Source: a virus
Lineage: Duplodnaviria > Caudoviricetes
Length of the DNA stretch: 64,000 nt
Reading direction: 5' to 3' (one strand)
Virus record (IMG/VR): IMGVR_UViG_3300034073_002120
In this document: piece after piece, positions 56,652 to 64,000 of the stretch
Numbering within the stretch: position 1 is the stretch's first letter
How the letters are laid out: each line of letters begins with the position of its first letter
The notes under the pieces: generated by a model
The model's database searches: none
What the model was told of the DNA's origin: nothing
What the model saw: only the letters and a program-made list of their open reading frames with translations
Position numbers and translations under genes: made by a program

Positions 56652-56898
56652 TTAATGCGTTTACATAAGTCATTTTTGCTGCAGCTCCTGCGAACCTTTC
56701 GACTTCTTTACCATCTTTCTCAATTATAACTGTCGGTACTGAACGTATTCCGTATTGTGTTGCTTCATTAAATGCAACATCCACATCATAATCTATAAAA
56801 GTTACATTTGGGAATTGTCCCTTAATTTCATTTATTACCGGTGCCAATGCTCTACATGGACCACACCATGCTGCTGAGAATTTCTTAACTGTTACCAT
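56635..56898 (-). CDS. trxA: Thioredoxin
   Basis: AAWCGPC, YGIRSVPT. Confidence 0.9.
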   Translation of the reverse strand: MVTVKKFSAAWCGPCRALAPVINEIKGQFPNVTFIDYDVDVAFNEATQYGIRSVPTVIIEKDGKEVERFAGAAAKMTYVNALNECIK

Positions 56899-56917
56899 TT
56901 TCTTTTTCCTTTTTGTT

Positions 56918-58699
56918 TTATCCTTCGCAACTTAAACATTCAGGGTCCATTGCCTTTGTTGCAATATCACCTCTTAATACCGATTCGGTTCTCATATAAT
57001 ATAGAGTTTTTACACCTTGTTTCCAAGCCTCTAATGTTACTTGATTTATCCATTTTGGTTCTGCGATTGCAGGGAATGCTAAGTTTAACGAAACTGCTTG
57101 GTCAATATATTGTTGTCTAATACCTGCCTGTCTTACTAAATCTAATTGGTTGATTTCTTTAAATGTTTTGAATACATCTTTTACATTAAAGGTTTTATGT
57201 CTATCTTCTTCGGAAACCTCTGAACATAATACTACTTTACTATTTACAAAACACCAATTATCTAATTCAGCAATATCTTGTATTGAACCACCATCTGCAA
57301 GAATCTTATCCCACGTTTCTTTTGTGTTGATTCCGACTTTCTTCAATACTTTCTCCAATTCAGCGTTTCTACGAATGAATGTTCCTTTTGAAGTTTGTTC
57401 GGTGAATACGTTTGCTGCCCAAGGCTCGATACCAGAACTAACATCACCACTCAATTTAGAGTTAGATACTGTTGGTGCGATTGCACGTAAGTGAGTGTTA
57501 CGGAATCCACTATCTTTACACCATAATGGTTCACCTAATTCAGATGCCATATCTCTACTTGCTTGTTCTGATTCGATTTTCATTTGAGAGAAAATCTTAC
57601 GAGTTTCAAATTGAGCTGTCATACCTTCAAACGGAATACCTCTTTGTTGTAAGTAAGTGTGCCAACCTAATACACCTAATCCTAATGCCCTACCTTTTTC
57701 TGCTGCACGAACTGAATTTTCAAATCCTTTCATATTCTTAGCCTTTTGAATGAATTCTGAAAGAACTCCATCTAAGAACCAAGTTGATGTGTAAATTAAA
57801 TCCGTATCTTTCCACTCATCATATTTTGCTAAGTTTAAAGAACTTAAACAACAAACAAATGAATGTGATTCATCAGTATGTAAAACAATTTCAGAACAAA
57901 TGTTTGTCATAAACACTTTTAATCCATTTTGTTTATACATCGGTGGGTTTTGTTTGTTTACATTACCCTTAAACATAATATAAGGTTCTCCGGTTGCTTT
58001 TCTCTTTTGTAACAACTTACCCCATTTTCTTCTTGCCTCTTCATCACCATCTTGTAACTTTCTCATAAACTTATCACCAACCACTGCACATTGATGCATA
58101 TTCAAACATTGACGGTTTACATCACCTTTCGGTTCTCTAATTTCCAACCATTGTTCGAAATCTTTATGTTCGATGTTTAAGTTTACTGATGCTGCTCCTC
58201 TTCTTACTGAACCTTGATTTGTTGCAAGGATAGTAGAATCGTATATCTTAGCGAATGGTATTACACCATCAGATGTTCCATTACCTGTAATTGGTGAACC
58301 TGCTGGTCTGATTTGATTTATACCAATACCAACACCACCACCATGTTTTGCAAGTAACATCAACTCTAAGTTTTTATTACCAATATCAAAAATGGAATCC
58401 GCTACATCAATACCAAAGCAAGATATAGGTAAACCTCTATCAGTACCTGTATTTGATAATACCGGAGTTGCCAAACATAACCAACCACGCCAGATGTAAT
58501 CGAAAAATTTTGATGCTAATTGTGGTTTGTTTAATCTTTGTGCTACTTTCGTAGATACTCTCCAATATGCATCTTTGGGAGTTTCACCAGGAAGTAAGTA
58601 ACCTTTGGATATAGTTTTAACATATACCTCCGTATTACCCCACTCTGGGAAATCCACACCCAATTCCCAACCTAAGTCTTCTGCGTAATTTTTTGCCAT
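56918..58699 (-). CDS. nrdA: Ribonucleotide reductase class Ia alpha subunit
   Basis: ATPVLSN, PISCF, GGGVG, TNICSEI, GLGVLG, IAPT, DQAVSLN, KTLYY, C-terminal CLSCEG. Confidence 0.95.
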   Translation of the reverse strand: MAKNYAEDLGWELGVDFPEWGNTEVYVKTISKGYLLPGETPKDAYWRVSTKVAQRLNKPQLASKFFDYIWRGWLCLATPVLSNTGTDRGLPISCFGIDVADSIFDIGNKNLELMLLAKHGGGVGIGINQIRPAGSPITGNGTSDGVIPFAKIYDSTILATNQGSVRRGAASVNLNIEHKDFEQWLEIREPKGDVNRQCLNMHQCAVVGDKFMRKLQDGDEEARRKWGKLLQKRKATGEPYIMFKGNVNKQNPPMYKQNGLKVFMTNICSEIVLHTDESHSFVCCLSSLNLAKYDEWKDTDLIYTSTWFLDGVLSEFIQKAKNMKGFENSVRAAEKGRALGLGVLGWHTYLQQRGIPFEGMTAQFETRKIFSQMKIESEQASRDMASELGEPLWCKDSGFRNTHLRAIAPTVSNSKLSGDVSSGIEPWAANVFTEQTSKGTFIRRNAELEKVLKKVGINTKETWDKILADGGSIQDIAELDNWCFVNSKVVLCSEVSEEDRHKTFNVKDVFKTFKEINQLDLVRQAGIRQQYIDQAVSLNLAFPAIAEPKWINQVTLEAWKQGVKTLYYMRTESVLRGDIATKAMDPECLSCEG

Positions 58700-58715
58700 A
58701 ATTTTTTTCTAATTT

Positions 58716-59729
58716 TTAAAATATATCACCCCAATCTTCACCTTCTCCTGCTTTTGAATAATCAGTTGGTCTGATTGCGAAGAAGTCGGTATGTGTAACA
58801 CCGCCTGTTAGGTGATAAAACCAATCCAATTCAGATGCTTTTGTATCATCAAATTCAAAGTAGTCATCTCCACCTTGTATTGGATTGTATCCCAATTCAG
58901 CTAATTTTTCATTTACTCTTTTTGTAATGAATTCTTTTAGGTCATCTTTTTTAAGATTCTCCAAATCACCCATTTCAAAAATCTTATCGATATATTTGTG
59001 TTCTAAATCAATAATGATTTTAGCTGCTTGGTAAATATCTTCTTTTGCTTCTTGTAATAATTCAGGAAATTCATCACACATATGTCTGAATAATTGACAT
59101 CCCATTTTTGAGTGTAGAGATTCATCTCTAACACTCCATTTCATTTGTTGTCCAATACCTTTCAATAGATTTCTCATTTGAAATGAATAAAGAACTGCAA
59201 ATGATGAATATAATGCAACTCCTTCTGCGAATGCAGAGAAGATTGCTAATGAACGTGCAACTTCAACTCTTGCTTTGTGATTTGTATCCAAATCTTTCGG
59301 AGTCCAATCGGCAGTTGTGTTAGTTAGAAGTTCGAAACGTGCTTTCATCGTTTCATCATGTAAGAACCCTTCGAAATTTTCTAATCCTAACGTTTCATTT
59401 AAATAAGAGTATGCGATTGAATGTATAGTTTCCTGCGAACCAAACGCCATAGCCATTTGTCTGATTTCATGTTTTGGAAACCATTTTGTAACCATACCAG
59501 TCCAATAATCGGAAACTGCACATTCCGTTTGAGCGAAACCTAAAAGAATGTTTCCTACTAAATGTTTTTCAGATTCAGTAAGATTTTCATTCCAATCCTT
59601 AACATCACCTTGCATTGGTATTTCAGTATGCAACCAGAATGCTTGCATTTGTTTCAACCAACCTTCCGTATAATAATCTGGATATTCAAATGGTTTGAAA
59701 GGGATTCTTTCAGTAAATAATTTGCTCAT
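58716..59729 (-). CDS. nrdB: Ribonucleotide reductase class Ia beta subunit
   Basis: FAQTE, ETIHSIAY, AEGVALYSSF, RDESLH, DFF. Confidence 0.95.
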   Translation of the reverse strand: MSKLFTERIPFKPFEYPDYYTEGWLKQMQAFWLHTEIPMQGDVKDWNENLTESEKHLVGNILLGFAQTECAVSDYWTGMVTKWFPKHEIRQMAMAFGSQETIHSIAYSYLNETLGLENFEGFLHDETMKARFELLTNTTADWTPKDLDTNHKARVEVARSLAIFSAFAEGVALYSSFAVLYSFQMRNLLKGIGQQMKWSVRDESLHSKMGCQLFRHMCDEFPELLQEAKEDIYQAAKIIIDLEHKYIDKIFEMGDLENLKKDDLKEFITKRVNEKLAELGYNPIQGGDDYFEFDDTKASELDWFYHLTGGVTHTDFFAIRPTDYSKAGEGEDWGDIF

Positions 59730-59740
59730 AGTTCGTAACT

Positions 59741-59911
59741 TTATTTAGTTTCTTCTACTGATTGTTTTCTATATTCGGTAATTAATTTTTTCAATTCACC
59801 AATTGCTTTTCTTGCTCTTGATTTTGCTGCTTTTGTTGTTCCGTTGTGTTCTGCTTCAAATTGAGTAAATAAATCTTTCATTTGCTCAAATAATTCTTGT
59901 GAATTTGCCAT
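59741..59911 (-). CDS. Histone-H1-like (Hc1-type) small nucleoid protein
   Basis: Below the track cutoff. Manual translation gives MANSQELFEQMKDLFTQFEAEHNGTTKAAKSRARKAIGELKKLITEYRKQSVEETK (56 aa), with the KAA..RARKA..EL.KL..EYRK pattern. Confidence 0.7.
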   Translation of the reverse strand: MANSQELFEQMKDLFTQFEAEHNGTTKAAKSRARKAIGELKKLITEYRKQSVEETK

Positions 59912-60073
59912 AAATGTTTTTAGTTTAAAATGTTATACAATATACCAACTTTTAATGTTGTTGGTGAGTATAACTATCGTATATATTAAAAAACGAAATG
60001 GAAATTTGAAACTTTTTTTTTCTTTTTTCATTATCCCATACTAACCAAAAACCAACACTTTATTATAATATAT

Positions 60074-61432
60074 TTAGCCCATATTTTCCACATACTTTTT
60101 GTGGAGAAGTTGTTTCTGAACTAATTGTCCACTTGCTGCTTCTTTCGTTGCCATAATACCATCTGATGATTGGGCATCATAAACTTCTATGAAACCTGTG
60201 TTAGTATCCATCTTACAAGGGAATGTTAAACCATCTGGTCCAAATCGATTTTTCATAATATGAGCCCTTGCAGTGTTATTCAATTTATCTTTTGATTTTC
60301 TACTCCAACTCATAATGAAATCCGCATTCATAACTTTTGCATATGAATCTGCAATTTTATCAGCTTCAATTACATCAGAATCAATTGCCGAACGATTTGT
60401 TTGAGATGCAGTCCAGACAGGAATTCGTAATTCGCCACCCATACCTCTTAAATCAATATACACACCACCTTGTTCTGCATAAGTAGAATCGGTTTTATTT
60501 GAATGTGATAATAATAAATCGGCGTAATCAACAATAATCAAATCAGGTTTATTACCTGTTGCTATCATTTTTTCAATATGTAGTTGTAATTTTTTTACAC
60601 TTACACCTTTTGGTGGGTAGTATTTGATGAGAAGTTTTCCTTGTAAAGATTTGATTTTATGTCTAACCTCATCTCTTCTATCTTTTAAATCGGCAGAAGG
60701 AATATGTGAAAATACAGTATCATATCGAGCACCTACATAGTGTTCTGATAATTCCATAGTATAATGGACAACACTCAATCCTTGTTTTACTGCGGCTGCA
60801 CCTAATGCTGTTAAAATCCAAGTCTTACCAACGCCAGATGGTGCAACAACTACTCCCAATTCCCCTGGTCCTAATCCACCATCCATTAAATCGGTGATAG
60901 GTTTCCAATCCGTTGGGACAGTATCACGTTTAACATCCGTTGCACGGTCTTCGTAATCCAATATGTAATCGTGTCCTAAATCATTTTCAACCCCAACTTT
61001 CATTGCCTTATCAACCAAATCTTTGATTTTATCAAAGTTACCTGCCTTTAATAAATCAACTGATTGTAAGATTACTTGTTTTAAGTTTTGGTTTTTACAA
61101 AATGATGAAAATTCGTTTTTGATGTAATCGGAATCAATATTACCTACTTGAGTGTAAACGTGTCTTAATTGGTCTACAATAGTAGTTTCTAATCCCTTAT
61201 TTTCTAATTTGGATATTTTTACCTTAAACACATCTAATGATGGTGATTTTCGGTATTCACTATGGTAAGCTAAAATTTCACTTACTATCCATTTGTTTGC
61301 ATCAGATTCAAAAAATTTCGGTGTAACTATTTCCGAAATAGTATCTAAGAATTTTTCATCAGTTAATAACGCAGATACAACTTTTGATTGAAAGGATTGA
61401 CCATACTTCGCTAAGTTGTCTATCTCTTGCAT
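60074..61432 (-). CDS. dnaB: Replicative DNA helicase (DnaB / T4 gp41-like)
   Basis: GELGVVVAPSGVGKT, YTMEL, IIVDYADL, WTASQTNR, IADSY, KNRFG. Confidence 0.92.
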   Translation of the reverse strand: MQEIDNLAKYGQSFQSKVVSALLTDEKFLDTISEIVTPKFFESDANKWIVSEILAYHSEYRKSPSLDVFKVKISKLENKGLETTIVDQLRHVYTQVGNIDSDYIKNEFSSFCKNQNLKQVILQSVDLLKAGNFDKIKDLVDKAMKVGVENDLGHDYILDYEDRATDVKRDTVPTDWKPITDLMDGGLGPGELGVVVAPSGVGKTWILTALGAAAVKQGLSVVHYTMELSEHYVGARYDTVFSHIPSADLKDRRDEVRHKIKSLQGKLLIKYYPPKGVSVKKLQLHIEKMIATGNKPDLIIVDYADLLLSHSNKTDSTYAEQGGVYIDLRGMGGELRIPVWTASQTNRSAIDSDVIEADKIADSYAKVMNADFIMSWSRKSKDKLNNTARAHIMKNRFGPDGLTFPCKMDTNTGFIEVYDAQSSDGIMATKEAASGQLVQKQLLHKKYVENMG

Positions 61433-61605
61433 TATTTATCCTCTTTTACTACTTTTTGAACTCTTGTTGCTGATTTCCACTCTGATTTTGGACAGAACGC
61501 CCAAACACCTGTGCTTACTTTTGTATCCGCTTCAGTATCTGCTACTCTACGAATAGTTCCTACTTTATTGTCTTTTGTTTCTTTGATTACTTTAATACAC
61601 TTCAT
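61432..61605 (-). CDS. Small hypothetical protein
   Basis: Manual translation gives MKCIKVIKETKDNKVGTIRRVADTEADTKVSTGVWAFCPKSEWK...EDK (57 aa). TAATG coupling to the helicase start. Confidence 0.7.
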   Translation of the reverse strand: MKCIKVIKETKDNKVGTIRRVADTEADTKVSTGVWAFCPKSEWKSATRVQKVVKEDK

Positions 61606-61628
61606 AGTTTTTCTCCATGTTTAAATTG

Positions 61629-62672
61629 TTACTTAATAATAATATTACCGAACGTTCCTTTTAACCAATCATTCAAATCACCAAATGCGTTTGTTACTTT
61701 GTATTTCAAACAAACTTTCATAAAATCTAATTTGTTAAGTGGTTTTAGAGGTTCGTTAAATTTTTCTAATATTTGCATCTTAATGATTCCACTAATATCG
61801 GGGTCTTTCAACTGCATTAATTCGTGGTTCATTATGATTTGGTCTTTCGATTCTAAAATATCGTTGTATATTTTGATTTTACCCTTCTTTTCCTCACATA
61901 GTCGTAACAAATCATCAACTGATAATTCTACCTCCTCAGCGAGTTCAGGAAACCTCTTTACAAGGGTTTTTATACCACACCCATTAACTCCCGGTATATT
62001 ATCTGATTTATCACCATCTAATATACGATACATTAATAAGTTTTTAGATTCTAAACCAAATTCTTCTTTAATAGCTTTTTTATTGTAAATTTTCTTCTTA
62101 GTAGGTGACCAAACGATGGTCTTATCATTAACCAATTGTAGGAAATCCTTATCGGTTGACATTACCACCGCTTGTTCATCCTCTTTAAGAAGTTGAGTGG
62201 CGATATAAGCCATAACATCATCTGCTTCAACACCATCATAAATCATAGTGGTTACCGGTAGTTGATGTAACATTTCTGCTAACCAAACGAATTGTCTCTT
62301 CATCGATTCACGCTCATCTTCAACGTTCATCATTTCAGCATATTGACGATTCACTCTTAATTTGTTAGGGTCTCTGTCTGCCTTATATCCACTAAATCGT
62401 TTTTTACGATTAGCAGAACCACCCTTACCATCGAAAACTACAATAACACGAGTAGGTTGAGTTTGACGTATTGCGTAACCTATTGATTTTAATACACCCG
62501 TTACACCAGCAACGTGGTCGCCATCTTCATTCATAGTTGGAATAGATGACCAGCAACGGATGAATGTGTTTAATCCATCAATTATAAGAACTCGCGAGTT
62601 TTTCGTTTTGGTAGAATTACTCGTATGTTCTTGCTCTACCGATTCTAAAATGTTTTTGTATATTGCTTTCAA
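61629..62672 (-). CDS. 5'-3' exonuclease / flap endonuclease (T4 RNase H / PolI 5'-exo-like)
   Basis: LIIDGLN, VFDG, YKADR, EADD, STDKDFLQL, GDKSDNIPGV.GCG.KT. Confidence 0.92.
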   Translation of the reverse strand: MKAIYKNILESVEQEHTSNSTKTKNSRVLIIDGLNTFIRCWSSIPTMNEDGDHVAGVTGVLKSIGYAIRQTQPTRVIVVFDGKGGSANRKKRFSGYKADRDPNKLRVNRQYAEMMNVEDERESMKRQFVWLAEMLHQLPVTTMIYDGVEADDVMAYIATQLLKEDEQAVVMSTDKDFLQLVNDKTIVWSPTKKKIYNKKAIKEEFGLESKNLLMYRILDGDKSDNIPGVNGCGIKTLVKRFPELAEEVELSVDDLLRLCEEKKGKIKIYNDILESKDQIIMNHELMQLKDPDISGIIKMQILEKFNEPLKPLNKLDFMKVCLKYKVTNAFGDLNDWLKGTFGNIIIK

Positions 62673-62683
62673 TGCCTTTCTTT

Positions 62684-63808
62684 TTAATCATCCATGCCAG
62701 GACCTGAAACATCTATTTCTAAATCTTCCATATCAATACCATCGGATTTATATTGTAAAATTGTAGATTCACAAATCTTTTTATAAATTTGTTCTCTAAC
62801 CTCTTCTCTTTCCGTCATCAAAGGAATGAAATCCTTAGATTGGAATTTGATGATTTCACCAGTATCAGTATCAGTATATTCATACCATGCACCGGCTTGT
62901 TTTACGATTTTATTGTCTTTCATTACGGACAACCATGAACCATAATTATCAATACCTCTATCGAAGAAAATATCAAAATCTGCTGCTCTCAATGGTGGGC
63001 CCATTCGGTTTTTCACAACTTGTGCTCTAACCTTCATTCCAACAATTCTATCATTACCACCAATTTTAGATTTAATCTGTCCCATTCCTTTCAAACGTAA
63101 TCTTACGGATGCGTGGAATGCCAATGCCTTACCACCACTTGTTGTCCAAGGGTCACCGAACGGCATTGCGTTCATCTTTTGTCTTAATTGGTTGGTATAT
63201 ACTAATAAGATTTTTTGTCTACCAATCATATTAGTAATCTTTCTCATCGCCTTAGAAATGATGATTGCTTTATCGGTTGCATAACCATCCTTACCATAAT
63301 CTGCTGCTAACTCCGTTTTTGTTGATGCGGCTGCAACTGAATCGGTTACAATTGTTACTAATCGATTTTTGTCAGTTTGTCTAACTTTCTCAATAATGGT
63401 TTCAGTAAAATCAAAGATTTGTTCTACTGAATCTGCTGATACATAAAGTAATTTTTTCACATCCACACCGATTGCTTCTAAAAATTCTCTACTTACTGCA
63501 GTTTCAGTATCAATCAATACTGCAACACCACCTTGTTTCTGCGTTTCCGCAAGTAAGTGTGCCGAAAGTAATGATTTACCACTTTGTTCTAATCCCGTTA
63601 CTTCTACAATTCTACCCACTGGCAATCCACCATAAGGACGATTTGAAATCGCTACATCTAGCATTGCACATCCGGTTGAAACCCAACCCTCAACGTTTGT
63701 AGGGGTCGAATCATCATCCAAAAAGAATGCTACCTTTTGGTCTTTTGATTGTTTATTTAGCTCACCCGCTAGGATATCGGCTAAATCCAATTCTTCTTTT
63801 TTTGCCAT
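62684..63808 (-). CDS. recA: RecA/UvsX-like recombinase
   Basis: STGC..LD, GRIVEVTGLEQSGKS, IDTE, VTDSVAA, NQLR, TSGGKALAFHASVRL, KNRMGPP. Confidence 0.92.
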   Translation of the reverse strand: MAKKEELDLADILAGELNKQSKDQKVAFFLDDDSTPTNVEGWVSTGCAMLDVAISNRPYGGLPVGRIVEVTGLEQSGKSLLSAHLLAETQKQGGVAVLIDTETAVSREFLEAIGVDVKKLLYVSADSVEQIFDFTETIIEKVRQTDKNRLVTIVTDSVAAASTKTELAADYGKDGYATDKAIIISKAMRKITNMIGRQKILLVYTNQLRQKMNAMPFGDPWTTSGGKALAFHASVRLRLKGMGQIKSKIGGNDRIVGMKVRAQVVKNRMGPPLRAADFDIFFDRGIDNYGSWLSVMKDNKIVKQAGAWYEYTDTDTGEIIKFQSKDFIPLMTEREEVREQIYKKICESTILQYKSDGIDMEDLEIDVSGPGMDD

Positions 63809-63821
63809 AAAATGGGTTTAA

Positions 63822-64000
63822 TTAATTGTTGAATAAATCATCAAATGCTGCTGCAACATCATCGGTTTTCTTAGATACTGCTGGAGCTGATTGAGATGGA
63901 GTTTCTACTGACCCACCCATATCATGAGATACTGATGGTGTTGGTTTTGCTGATGATAAAGTTTCTGCTGCTACTGAACTTTCGGTTTCATCTTCATCAG
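63822..64000 (-). CDS. C-terminal end of a probable ssDNA-binding protein (T4 gp32-like)
   Basis: Manual translation ends ...VSKKTDDVAAAFDDLFNN*, an acidic tail typical of gp32-like SSBs, immediately upstream of recA. Confidence 0.6.
   Translation of the reverse strand, partial: DEDETESSVAAETLSSAKPTPSVSHDMGGSVETPSQSAPAVSKKTDDVAAAFDDLFNN

Noticed and set aside
47401-59729. Introns or inteins in polB, nrdA or nrdB
   Set aside because: The ORFs are continuous and of ordinary length, with no intein-like insertion between conserved motifs.
59935-60033. Possible 32-aa minus-strand ORF (MKKEKKSFKFPF...) and a weak ACCAAC/GTTGGT hairpin upstream of the Hc1-like gene
   Set aside because: The ORF derives from a poly-T tract and has no support. 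The hairpin is short and could arise by chance.

Overview
The window is a fragment of a large, AT-rich, T4-like tailed dsDNA phage genome. It contains no cellular housekeeping operon. Essentially every real gene is on the minus strand, and the + strand ORFs in the track are antisense shadows. The host is very probably a Bacteroidota. Seven intergenic sites match the Bacteroidota primary-sigma promoter (TTTG-N20-TAnnTTTG or a TTAG variant), and the window encodes Bacteroidota-type proteins: an Oar-like TonB-dependent transporter, an Hc1-like nucleoid protein and T9SS-CTD-like domains. In transcription order (right to left) there are five blocks. (1) A T4-like replication and recombination block: ssDNA-binding protein tail, RecA/UvsX, 5'-3' exonuclease, helicase, NrdAB, thioredoxin, PolB, clamp and clamp loader. 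(2) Embedded in it, a candidate base-hypermodification operon: SAM methyltransferase, a divergent thymidylate-synthase-fold enzyme with a cytosine-type determinant, an AsnB-like amidotransferase and a fold-II PLP enzyme. A methyltransferase/nuclease cassette, GroEL/GroES and the TonB-dependent transporter lie nearby. (3) About 11.5 kb of glycosyltransferase and sugar-nucleotide genes. (4) A secreted cell-surface module with two CsgG-like proteins, two dockerin/cohesin-like proteins (one with a C-type lectin domain) and two CTD-like lipoproteins. (5) A late region with putative internal head proteins sharing an N-terminal M-(I)-K/S-L-K-x-I/L-L-x-E motif, a GH19 endolysin, an HNH endonuclease and an APS-kinase/2OG-oxygenase/methyltransferase group. 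I saw no tRNA, rRNA or CRISPR array. All family calls come from motif recognition by eye, and no database searches were run.
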